Shown: piece by piece, positions 13,669-54,149 of the stretch
Position numbering within the stretch: the stretch's first letter is position 1
Layout: each line of letters begins with the position of its first letter
Source of the DNA: Paraspadella gotoi
Taxonomy: Eukaryota > Animalia > Chaetognatha
NCBI GenBank assembly: GCA_051294375.1
Contig: CM119266.1
Span: forward strand, 22,978,338-23,042,337
Reading direction: 5' to 3'
Length of the DNA stretch: 64,000 nt
Notes under the pieces: generated by a model
What the model was told of the DNA's origin: nothing
The model's database searches: none
Seen by the model: only the letters and a program-made list of their open reading frames with translations
Program-made: the position numbers and the translations under genes

Positions 13669-14055
13669 CTTCGAATTGTCTTTGGTTATATTTTGTTTTT
13701 TTGTTTATAGTTTTTATTATCGTTTAAGTTAAGAGTTATTTTTTTTCTAACGCTTTGTTTAACACGAATCCACGGTTAAGCGGGGCTTTCATTTTGTTCT
13801 TTGTTGATGTTTCGTCGTTGTTTTCATTCCAAAAGCTTTAGTTCATTTACGTATACTGACATCCAATAAAAAAAAGAGCAGCCGCTTTTTGATTTTGACA
13901 TCCGATGAAGAAGAAGAAGGAGATCAACTTTTCGACTGTTTTTGGTCGAGTGAGGTCGACCGCGGTTCACTGGTTTCGCCGATGAATTGAGAATCGATCG
14001 TTCGGTTTGATGAGTCGATTGGCGAAGAGGTCGTTTGGCCGATGGGTCGACTCAC

Positions 14056-14196
14056 CGGGTCCGTGACCGTGAACTCTCGAAATTCTCTCCCGGGCCAGAT
14101 GTTTGCGCCGTTGCCGAACGCTTCTTGCCGAGTTCGAGGATCAAAACAACAACGACGACGGCAGCAGCAATCGACTGTGTTTAAACACTGCGTTAA
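14056..14196 (-). other. Candidate upstream (5' UTR or alternative) exon of the tetraspanin
   Basis: CpG-rich block bounded by ttttttctcag| and a consensus CCG|GTGAGT donor; candidate downstream acceptor ttttttttattggatgtcag| at 13856. Confidence 0.35.
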
Positions 14197-15579
14197 CTGA
14201 GAAAAAATCGCGATAAATAGGGACCAATGTGGCCAACGATGCTGTGTCAGAATCTATTATATAAGGTTCATAATATAAAGTATTGTAATGAGGAGCTTAA
14301 CGGTAAAACATATTATTTTTAAATATCGTTTTTTATGGGCTAAATTTTTTTTTTAAATTAAAAACCGAACAGTTAAAGATGTTTTTTATATAATTGATAA
14401 AATATTCATAAAATTGATAAAATAAAATATCAATCTACGGAGATGCGTGGTCGCATTAAAAAATTCAATGAACGTCGGTGGATGAGCTCGAGTCGTTAAA
14501 ATGCCTCATCGGCCGATCTTTCGAAGATTTTGCGTAAATTTATTCGTTGAAGCAGATTCGTTCTATACTGTGTAATTATCCTGATTTTACAATGGATAGT
14601 TCAATCTTATGCATTTTAAATAGTTGCCGTCTCCAAAGTCACCATTGAAAAGTAAAACATGATTAAATATAAAAAAATACTGATTTTAATGCGAAATCGA
14701 TCGATAGTAAGTTTGTAAGCGTCAGACGGCAAATTAATATCCGATTTTGAACTCTTCTTACTCGTCCTAACAGTTTTTTTTTCTTTAAATTTCTGTTTCG
14801 ACATTTAGTTTTAATTTGTTTTCTTTTTCTATCTTGTTTTCGTTAATAAGTGATCGATGTTGGCGGCGAATGAACTATTGTGACCGCGTGAAAGAATTAC
14901 GATCGAGTTTTGGCGATTGTGAATGTCGGTTATCGAAATGAATGTCGAGTGAATGCCTCGTGAACATTCGATGAAAGAATGTGATGAAATGCATGGACCC
15001 AATACGAATGAAAAATGATTTCAATTCGCGGACCGGATAAAAGGTGAAGTCTTTCTCAGGAATTCGTGAAATCCGTTTAAAATTCGAAATTGGTCTAACT
15101 GGTTTAGAGGAACGAAATCCAATTTCGGACAAAGAGGACCTAAATGGTTATTCATCAAGTTACAGGGCTTATTCATTTTTTTTTTAATTAGTTGAGTTAT
15201 ATTTGATAACATTTCCTGGATTTTAACTCTTAACTAAAAACATTGAACTCAGTTATATCTTGTTTCTGACGTGGTTTATTCCTCTTATAGCTTTTGTTTG
15301 TTAAGGGCGCATGCTCGTGGACGGATTCGGAAGTAAAGCTGCACAAAGAGAAAAATCTTCGAATTGAAAACAAAAGATTTAAAACCTTTGAACTTGAAGT
15401 AGTGTCGGTTTGTCAGCAAAACTAAGCATTATTGGCATACAAAATTAATAATAAATAACTGCGTAATCTCGTGAATTAATTATCTATAAAAAAATTATCA
15501 GTGTTATTTTTATAAGCTAATTAAAAATTGTTTATAAAAATATACACATTTTGAAATTTATTATGGAATTTATGAATTA

Positions 15580-15730
<151 letters not shown>

Positions 15731-15910
15731 ACGAAAAAAAGAAAGAAAGAAAGTAAAATTTGACGATTTCTGTATTAATTAATCAACGCACTTCCAACAT
15801 CTTTTCCTAAGCTAAAGAGCTCCGTTTTCACTGCGCGATAAACGTCTTTGTCTAAATTTGGTCGAAACGTTTGATAAATCGTCGATGGAACCGATACTAG
15901 TATCGAGACG

Positions 15911-15973
<63 letters not shown>

Positions 15974-16230
15974 TTGGAATGGGGGGAGTGGCTCCTCGTT
16001 GGACGCGTTTGACAGGCGTCAGAGACTCGGATCAGACATTTGACATTCGTAGGACGAAGGAGGAGGAAGAGGAGGAGGAGGAGAAAAGGGAGGAGAAGAG
16101 GGAGGGGAAACGGAAGGAGGTGGAGGTGGGAGGAGGAGAGGGATTAGACGAGCGACGAACGACGGTCCCGACAACGTTGACCGTCTCGCGACCCCTTCGA
16201 GTAACAAGGGACGAGTCAATGATTCAGACG

Positions 16231-16310
16231 TCACGTGATCAGTCTTCCGGTATCGTAGGACGATCACGTGGTCGTCACGTGACCCAAGAGCGGCACCATC
16301 GATCACGTGA
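16231..16310. promoter_or_regulatory. Cluster of four CACGTG E-boxes including a perfect GTCACGTGAC
   Basis: tcacgtga at 16231, tcacgtgg at 16264, gtcacgtgac at 16274, tcacgtga at 16303. Confidence 0.45.
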
Positions 16311-16822
16311 TTCGAGTTTCCGTCTCGAAACTCCCGACGTTTCGTCAACAATGGAATCTTGAAGCGACGTTGACGACGACGAAGACGACAAAGGCTTACG
16401 AAGAAGGAGAGCCACTCCATACGGCTAGTTCGGGGAACGTCGGCTTGTCTGACCGACGAGCCGACGTCGGGGCCGACAGAAGAAGAGGCGACTCTGGATC
16501 TCGTTGAAGAAACTTGAAATTTGTCCGTCGTGACGAAACTACGAAACGAGGCTTCCAGTTTCGTGAAAATTTGTGGTATTTAAAAAAAAAAAAAAATCTG
16601 TGAAATTTAAAAAAAAAAATAGTTTGTTTAGAGATTTCTAGGTGAATCGATGAGAGAGATTAAGTTAGGGAGTTAGTTACGTGCATAGAATTTTCAATAA
16701 TATTTAACAAATTCATTGTGACAACTAACGACCGAGGTTTCCTTGGCTGCAGATTTATACAGGAAGGCTTCCGTATCAGGACAATTGAGGAAACTTCTGC
16801 AATGACCGAGAAGAAAAACGGA

Positions 16823-16945
<123 letters not shown>

Positions 16946-17711
16946 TTGCAAAGTGTCAAGGTGTCAGTGAAGGGAGGCGAGAGTGCGAGGGACGACTTGG
17001 CCGTCGTCAAGCGTCGATCGTCCACCGAATCAGTTCGTCGAGAGAAAGTTTGACGAAAAAGTCGACGCCAATTTTTTTTGTCCTCTTCGATCCGGGATTT
17101 ATTTTTTGTCTTCTCGTGTTTCTAAAATCGATTAAAATTTTTATTAATTAAAAATGTAAACAAAAAGCAAATACGCAAAATCAATTTATACTAAAAATGA
17201 ATATAATTTATAAATTAAACTAAAGAAGAAGAAAATTAAAAGTTTTGCACTGCACTTCGACTCTTTACAATTTTTGAGACGGAAAAACGCAACAGAGATT
17301 CAGAACTTCTTTCTCGCCGTAATGTTTAATGTAAACATTTACATCAATGAGCTGCTTTTCGACTGAATTAACATTAGCTACTTGGTTCACATTTCTTAAA
17401 AATTCTTCTAAGTAGGAAACTCAACTTGGATATCTCGAAAACAACACCGAAAAAAATATCTTCTTCTACTAAATGTGTTCGATCGATTTCGTAATTTTCA
17501 CAAGTGAATTTAAATATTTAAACTCAGATTTCATAACAATGCAGCTTGAAAGCCTCAAAAGTGTTTCGTCTATTTTTCAATAACCCGTCGCATTTCCCGC
17601 CAGAAGGAAAAAAAATGATTTACGCCGATAGGAGTCGCTTCCATCGGTGACGTCATCACCGTTTCATCGTCGATGGAAACAAATTCTTTTGTCCTCTTCT
17701 CGGCTGGAAAC

Positions 17712-17751
<40 letters not shown>

Positions 17752-19539
17752 TTTTTTTCGCAGAACAGGACGATTCCATTAAACCGCTTGAAAAGGGGGA
17801 GAATAACCATTGTTTGGAAAAGGGGTGAGAGAGAGATAAGATAAAGAGGTAAGCGCTTCGAGCTGGTGAAGACCTACTGCGCAAAGAAGAAGCGACAAGC
17901 GAAGATGACATAAGCTTATGATTTGTATGTAGGTCTTTTGATTTTTAGATAAGTGACCAAACGAATTATATAGACCTTAGTAATTGTCGGTTCATTGTCA
18001 TTTTCGCGATAAGATGGTTAAATAAAATCCAAATAGTATTTTTATCAATGCCCGAATTTGTCATAAAGTTCACATGATCTCCTGTCAAACTTGTCGCAGT
18101 TCGTCGGGTCAACTTTTGGAATTAGTGAACCGAAAGTGAAATTCTTTTTCCCTCCATTGATTTCGTTACCGTTTTGTTGGCGTTCGAAGCTCAAACATTC
18201 TTCCTTTTTCTTTTTTAAATTATTCTTTTTTCTTTTCTCCTTCTTTCTCTTCTTCTTTTCTTTCTTCTTCTTATTTCTTCTTCATCAAGATGCATCCGCT
18301 TTTTATGAAGCCTCAGGGTCCCGTATCGCGTTTAAGTGGTGCCATGGGCCTCTCAGCGAGGCTCACCTCTTTTTTTTTCTTTCTTTTTTCCCTTTTTTTT
18401 TCTGCAATTTTTTTTCAACTTCCTTCTCGTCTTGTTTAAAAATTTAAAACTCGTTCTCGCTGCGGAAATTGAGTGGAAAAGTAATGAATCTTCTTTTTCC
18501 TTTTACGAGTTTTGAGTCGAATTGAAGGATGGACGGATGGACGCCTCTTCAAAAATTTGTCAATTCTAAATATATTTTGAAGAAAAATTATTTTTTTAAT
18601 CTCGAGCTTAAAAGGAAAAAAAAAATATAATAAACAAATAAGACATTCGATGTTGAGATATATTTAATTCCGTGATTTACAACATAATAAATATTTTCGT
18701 CTTCAAGTCGGATTAAGTTTTCTTTCCCGCTTATTTTTTATTTCCCCTTTCCAACATCCCCCTTTAGCCCAAGCGCTGCCCCTCCGAAAAAGGTCCGGAG
18801 AGTAACCGGCCCAAGAATGTGCCTAATCAGGGCTCAATAGGATCGCGGACCATTAACACCCAATCTGACGTGGGGCCCAACATTTGTTATACCATCGCCT
18901 GAAAGGAAGGAGGAGTGAAAGAGAAGGGAAGGGTACGTGGTCGAGGGGGGGAGAAGGGGGGGGGAGCAGGAGGTTCACGTTGCAGACAAAGAAGAGAATT
19001 CGGAGGGAAGGAAATTTCGGGCGAGAGAAGAAATTTATATATATATGTACTTTATTTCATTTTAATTTCTATTTAGTAGTCAGGAGATGACAAACATGTT
19101 TTGAATAATATATATACTTTCATACTATCAGCTTTAATCTGTCTCGTTTCGCTTTTTATTTTTTCTTTCCCTCAATCTATTTTATTTTCCTTCCTTCCTT
19201 CCTTTCCTCTTTCTCCTTTCTTTTTTTTTTTTTTCTCTTCTACCTCCCTCGCGCCTCTCTTTCCATTTCCTCCTCCGGTCGCAATTTCACAATGGTGGTC
19301 GAAAGAAAAGGGAAAGGCTTCGGTCTTCCTCCCCCCCCATCGGGTTGGGGGACGGGGGGGGGAGAGATCTTGTGGGTTGTTAGATCGAACCGAGTTAAGG
19401 GGGAATCGTCGAAAGTGGGAAGGGGGCTGAGGAACGTCGCGGAGAAGTCGGCGGCTGCGGAAGCCGGATGCGAGCGCGGCTCTCGCGTGGCAATATCAAA
19501 TTGCAATCCCCACTTTGATTAATGATTTTTTGCGGTTCC

Positions 19540-19610
<71 letters not shown>

Positions 19611-21173
19611 AGAGAAAGGAGGCCTGAAAATAAAAAGAATAGGAAAAGAGAGGGGGAGAAGACAGGCTCTCTCTTTCACTCTCTTTCTCCCTCTCCAACA
19701 TTATTTTCTTTTCTTTTCCTTTAATGGTTCATGGAGGTTTATGTCGGCTTCCTTCTTCCGGTAGATGGAGTTACTTTCGTCTTCAGGGAAATCCGAATAA
19801 CGGATGATGAAGACGATGAAGAGGAAGGAAGTTGTAACTTAAAAACAAACTTCTCAGCGACATTTTTCACGATACGAAAAAGATTAAGTTTCCGGGATTT
19901 GATTCTCTTTACTTCTTTTTATAATATTCTTTTCATTAGTATTGGAAAAGAGAAGCGAGCGCGAAAATCTCGTTCGTTCGTTTCGGCTCCGTTAGTCCCC
20001 ATCATCTCGATTTCCCAGAAATGATTTCATTTCTTGGATAAAAAAAAATTTCGGGGCATTAACCAAGTTTTAAATATAAAGAAAAGAATCCTAGATTTGT
20101 TCGTGTAAATGTCTTATTCTAAGTTTGTTCGTGTGTGTTCTCTTGTGTGTGTACGTGTCGTTGTGGGGCTAAAGTGTTTTGCACTAGTGTTTGGGATTAT
20201 TCCTGAAATTCTGTAATTTTTATTCCCGAGTTACGGAGTATCATTAAATTGTATTTAATTCTTCTTTTTTTTTTCAGAAACGTTTAATATCCTCAAGACC
20301 AGAATATTTTGAAAGAGCTCTCAGCACGCGGCCTCCTCATACACCTAAAGAAAACCTCAACAACAACAACGACAACAACAAGTGAAAGAAAAATCCCGCC
20401 TCGCCCTCATAACGCGTCTCGAGTCTCGTGTTTTCTTCGTGTTTTGTTTACTCTGTTTCTCGCTCCGAATCCCCTTTTGTTTTTCCCTCCTTTCGCACGG
20501 ACCGGCACTTTCACCGCCACCGCCGCCCTCGCCGCCGACGCCGCCGACGCCGCCGATGCCCAAAACAAAAACAAAAACAGTTTTCGCTTTCGAGGTTCGA
20601 TGTTCCGTCGCTAAAAGACGCCGACGTCGATTCTTTGAGGACGACAACGACGACGACTGTGACGACGAAGTCGAAGATAACAACGACGACGACGAAGACG
20701 ACGACCACGAAGGCGACGTTGACGTGGAGAACAACCCCATCACTCCAGCAATCCCTCTTTGCCCGTCCATCCTACTTTCCACTTATTTTTCGTTTGTCAT
20801 GAAATTGACTAATTCGGCTTTTCAAAGTTCCACATTCCTTCCTAAGGTTTGATCCGATGAGTCACGTCGTGAAATTAAAGATGGTCAATACTGACATTTT
20901 CATCCTGCATCAAAATGGAATCTTCTTTCGAATCCGATCTTCATTCGGCGAATCTCTTCTCTGTTTCCGACCGAACGAATTCGTAAACAACGAAAACCGA
21001 GGCAGGAGAGGAGGAGGCGCGAAAGCGGAGCGGGGGACGTGGGCGAACGTTTCCCCGCCGCCTGCGAAGGTCGTCTTCGCCCCCCGCGAATCCCGAAGCG
21101 TCTCGCAAAAGGCTCCATCCCTCGCTTTCTTTTTTCTGATTTGTGGATCCATCACGAATTTTGAAGGATTCGT

Positions 21174-21220
21174 GAAGACTGTTCGCTTCACTTCCGCGAA
21201 GACTGTTCGCTTCACTTCCG
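21174..21220 (+). repeat. 24-bp tandem duplication gaagactgttcgcttcacttccg
   Basis: Two adjacent copies, also present in both inverted copies of the segment. Confidence 0.92.
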
Positions 21221-21330
21221 TCGTCTCTGAACGAAGATCTCACCTTTACGACGATGATGTATTCGTTTGGGTTTTACCTTCTTTAACCGCGAAATTGACT
21301 CCATCCCTCTCTGTCTCTCTCTCTCTCTAG

Positions 21331-21727
21331 AAAACCTCCTTCCCCGCCGACTCACCTGCCTTACCTCCCTCACCCCACACGGCTCGCACCCCCCCTCCCC
21401 GACGGCCCGCCCCACCGCCGCCCGAAGCGGCCGGCCGGTTTTTCATTTGCCAAATCTTTTCTTCCAAAACCCTTGGGCTCCTTTCTTCGGCGCCTCGAAT
21501 TCCCCGAAGACGCGAGAGACGCGGCGCCACCGCCGCTTCCGGTCCAAAAGGACGCCGCCGCCGACGCTACGCCGAAAAAAGCGGCGTCCTCGTCGCCGCC
21601 AGAGTCTCCGCCCACAACAACGCCGGCGACTTTGGCGAGAATTCGGCGCCGGAAGAGGGGAGATGAGATGGAAGAAGAGAGGGGTGGAGAGAAGAGGGTT
21701 GGGAGGGGTGTGGAGGGAGGGATGAAG
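21331..21727 (+). CDS. Candidate internal exon, Pro/Ala-rich, product unknown
   Basis: (CT)n-tag| acceptor and AAG|GTAAGG donor. Open frame KPPSPPTHLPYLP...FLRRLEFPEDARDAAPPPLPVQKD...GGMK; GC-rich. Confidence 0.35.
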
Positions 21728-21744
21728 GTAAGGATGTGATCTGG

Positions 21745-21900
21745 GATGTGGAGAGGGGTGTGGAGAAGAATGTAGATAGGAATGTGGATGGGGATGTGGA
21801 TAGGGATATGGAGAAGAATGTGGATAGAGATGTGGATAGGGATGTGGAGAAAAATGTGGATAGGGATGTGAAGAAGAATGTGGATAGGGATGTAGAGGGA
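21745..21900 (+). repeat. 12-bp-period tandem repeat (gatgtggatagg / gatgtggagaag)
   Basis: About 13 units; reads DVDR/DVEK/NVDR in one open frame. Confidence 0.88.
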
Positions 21901-22216
21901 GGAAGAGAGGGAGAGTGGAGAAGGGGAAATAGAGGGAAGAAGAGAGAGATGTGCTCGAGGATGTGNNNNNNNNNNTGGATATGGATGAAGAGAGGGAGGT
22001 GATGAGGGATGAAGAGAAGGTTGACCGAACAAACAGTTTGGCGAAACGGAGAAGTGGATGATGATATGAAGTGAAAGTCGGTTGAGATGAGGGTTAGTGA
22101 AGAAAAGAAGCGGACTGGCACTAACAAGAAAATTTGAAAGCTTAATTAAAATAATCTTATAATCTAACCTTCTATAAAAAATATCGTCAATTTTCTTTTA
22201 TTATCTTTTTTCTCTC

Positions 22217-22806
22217 NNNNNNNNNNNNNNNNNNNNNNNNNNNNNNNNNNNNNNNNNNNNNNNNNNNNNNNNNNNNNNNNNNNNNNNNNNNNNNNNNNNN
22301 NNNNNNNNNNNNNNNNNNNNNNNNNNNNNNNNNNNNNNNNNNNNNNNNNNNNNNNNNNNNNNNNNNNNNNNNNNNNNNNNNNNNNNNNNNNNNNNNNNNN
22401 NNNNNNNNNNNNNNNNNNNNNNNNNNNNNNNNNNNNNNNNNNNNNNNNNNNNNNNNNNNNNNNNNNNNNNNNNNNNNNNNNNNNNNNNNNNNNNNNNNNN
22501 NNNNNNNNNNNNNNNNNNNNNNNNNNNNNNNNNNNNNNNNNNNNNNNNNNNNNNNNNNNNNNNNNNNNNNNNNNNNNNNNNNNNNNNNNNNNNNNNNNNN
22601 NNNNNNNNNNNNNNNNNNNNNNNNNNNNNNNNNNNNNNNNNNNNNNNNNNNNNNNNNNNNNNNNNNNNNNNNNNNNNNNNNNNNNNNNNNNNNNNNNNNN
22701 NNNNNNNNNNNNNNNNNNNNNNNNNNNNNNNNNNNNNNNNNNNNNNNNNNNNACTTTCTACGCCTGAAAGTCTTTCCCAATTCCAACTTTTTAATCACGA
22801 TTTTTC

Positions 22807-22840
<34 letters not shown>

Positions 22841-22865
22841 NNNNNNNNNNNNNNNNNNNNNNNNN
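22217..22865. other. Assembly gaps (536 N and 25 N) at the centre of the large inverted repeat
   Basis: Other gaps: 5381-5405, 8621-8644, 21966-21975, 38381-38405, 54828-54987, 57085-57109, 62702-62726. Confidence 0.99.
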
Positions 22866-37135
<14,270 letters not shown>

Positions 37136-37737
37136 TTGGCGGCGGCGAAGGCAAAGATTTCCCCCGAGGAACAATGGAATGGATTTTTACCGCAATTGAA
37201 ACGCCAATAATGAGTTGAATACCGCAGCCGCTTCGTCTGCTTCGTCTGCTTCGCTCCTGCCGCTCCTGCCGCTCCTGGTCCCGATGAAAAAAAAAAATCC
37301 CCTACCGTCGCGACGGAGTCTGTGAATAAGTAATGAAGCTTCTTCACGTGAAAGGTCGTCTTGTCCGTCGTCGTCCTCATCGTCGTCATATTCGTCGTGA
37401 GACGTTTTTTTTTTAAATGTCTGCTTTCACTTAAAAAAGCCGTTGCTTTAGACAAAAGCCTTTGTAATTTACTCTCAGTTCAGTTTTAAAGGCTTTGCGT
37501 TCGGAGAGATGGACGGTCCCTTAGACGTACTGACTAACGGACTAACGGACAAACGGATGGAACGACTGAGAGGAAAACATTTTTAAACGTGTTAAGAGTT
37601 TTAATTTGTTATATAATGGTCGTTATAGCACTGTGCCGTCTGACAAGGATGTATTAAGGATTCATTATTTCAAATGATATCGACGTATGAAAACAAAAAA
37701 TGGCTCAAATTTCAAAAATGCTTATGACGTCAAGGAA

Positions 37738-37768
<31 letters not shown>

Positions 37769-39900
37769 AGTCTTCAAAGTAAATATTCTGTTTTATTGTC
37801 CACTAAATTTTATTCAAATATATTTCTTTTATCACATTTTATTTTTACATCAACTCACGCAATCCATATCTTGCTACTAACTCGCCCTCTATTGCAAAGG
37901 CATCCTATGACTCCGTCGTAGATCCTCATTTTCTCTCAGCCCCCTATCTCCCCCCTCCCCCCCACAAAATACCCCAAACTCCGCCCTTCCTCCCCCAGAT
38001 TCTATTTCCCTTTCAGTCTCTCAACCCCCGGCGAGCTTTTCATTCCTGCTTTCGATTCGCGTCTGATCTCAGCGCCCCTGGCGTCGACGAGGAGAAAAGA
38101 AAGACTTGAGGGAGAATAAAAGAAATCGAGAACAAAAGGCCATCGTCAGAATGGAAAAGAGAATGAAAGGATGGGGCGCGACGCGGGGGGGGGGGAGTGG
38201 AGAGAGTTAGAGGAAAGGACGGGTGAGGGCGAATCGTGAAATGTGGGAACTAGGATGTAAATATGCGGAAGTGGTGACTATTGCGAAAAGGGGGTGGGAT
38301 GGTTTGGTGAGTCATGTTGAGAAAGGTAAGGATTTAGGAAAGGAAAAGAGGAAAGTGGAGGGTAGGGAAAGGAGGAAGGANNNNNNNNNNNNNNNNNNNN
38401 NNNNNTTTTTCTTCTGGCTTTCTTCTTTCTTTGCTTTCTTTTCTTTCTTTTCTTTCTCCTTATCTTTCTTTTTTTTCTTATCTTTCTTTCTTTCTTCTTT
38501 CTTTCTTATCTTTCTCTTTCATTTCCCTCAACTTAACTTTCCTTCTATTCAGGACTGAGTCAGGTCTTGTTTTCTCCATCCCTCTTTCCGACTGGTCCCG
38601 CTCCCTTCCTGCCTTTCACCTACCTCGCACTTTCCTCTTTCCTTTCCTAATCCTTACCTTTCTCAACTGAACTCACCAACCATCCCCCCCTTTTCGGCAT
38701 AGTCACCACTTCCGCATATTTACATCCTAGATTTCCCACATTCATCGATTCGCCTCACGACGTCCTTTCTCTAACTCTCTCCCACTCCCAGCCCCCGCCC
38801 CGTCGCGCCCCATGCCTTATCATTCTCTATTTCCATTCTGAAGATGCCTTTTGTTCTCGATTTCTTTTTCTCCTCGTCTTTCTTTTTCACTCGTCGACGC
38901 CAAGGGCGCTGAGATCAGACGCGATCGAAAGCAGGAATGAAAAGCTCGCCGGGGGTTGAGAGACTGAGGGATAGAATCTAGGGGAGAGGGCGGAGTTTAG
39001 GGGTATTTCTGTGGGGGGGAGGGAGAATAGGGGGCTGAGAGAAATGGGATCTACCGACCGGAGTCATAAGGTGCTTTATGCAATAGAGGGCCAGAAGTTG
39101 TAGCAGAAATATGGTTGCGTGAGTTGATGATTAAATGTTGATAGAATTTTTGTATTTATAGTGGACATACAGAATATTTCTTTGAGCTCGTCGTGTCGTC
39201 GTCGTCGTCCGTCGGTTGTCGTATTCTATAGACGGTCCAATAAGTTGGGTTTCTGAATACGTGTTGTATTTGAGACCATTGTTTTGTTTTTCATACGTCG
39301 ATATCAATTTTGAAAATAATGGAATCCTATCTACTATACATCCTTGTCAGACGGACAGAACTTATAACGACCATAATATAGTAACAGAATTAAAAACTCA
39401 TTTAAACGTTTAAAATCGTTGTGTCCTCTTCAAGTAGTTCCATACCGCTTCTTGTTTGCCGTTTAGGTGACGCAGGGGCGTAGGAGCCTGAACCGTTAGT
39501 CAGTCAGCTCTAAGGGACCGTCCATCTCTCCGAACGCAAGAGCCTTTAAAAAGCTGAACTGAGAGTAAATTACAAAAGGCTTTTGTCTAAAGCATAACGG
39601 CTTTTTTAAGTGAAAGCAGACATTTAAAAAAAAAAACTCTCACACGACGAAATATGACGACGATGAGGAGACGACCGTAGACAAGACAGACCTGTCCGTG
39701 AAGAAGCCTTCATTACTTATCTCACAGACTCCGTCGCGACGGTAGTGGATTTTTTTTTTTCATCGGACCAGGAGCGGCAGGAGCGGCAGGAGCGAAGCAG
39801 ACGAAGCAAACGAAGCGGCTGCGGTATCAACTCATTATTGGCGTTCAATTGCGGTAAAAATCCCTTCCATTGTTCCTCGGGAAATCTTTGCCTTCGCCGC

Positions 39901-39905
<5 letters not shown>
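37136..39905. repeat. Fold-back: 37136-38380 is the reverse complement of ~38600-39905 around a 25-N gap
   Basis: ttggcggcggcgaaggcaaagatttcc vs ggaaatctttgccttcgccgcgccaa; colinear inward as far as the gap. Confidence 0.92.
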
Positions 39906-54118
<14,213 letters not shown>

Positions 54119-54149
54119 AAAAAAAGAAGTTAAAAACCAAATGTAAAAA

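Noticed and set aside
13168-13710. 180-aa plus-strand ORF
   Set aside because: Antisense shadow of GC-rich tetraspanin exon 1 plus intron sequence.
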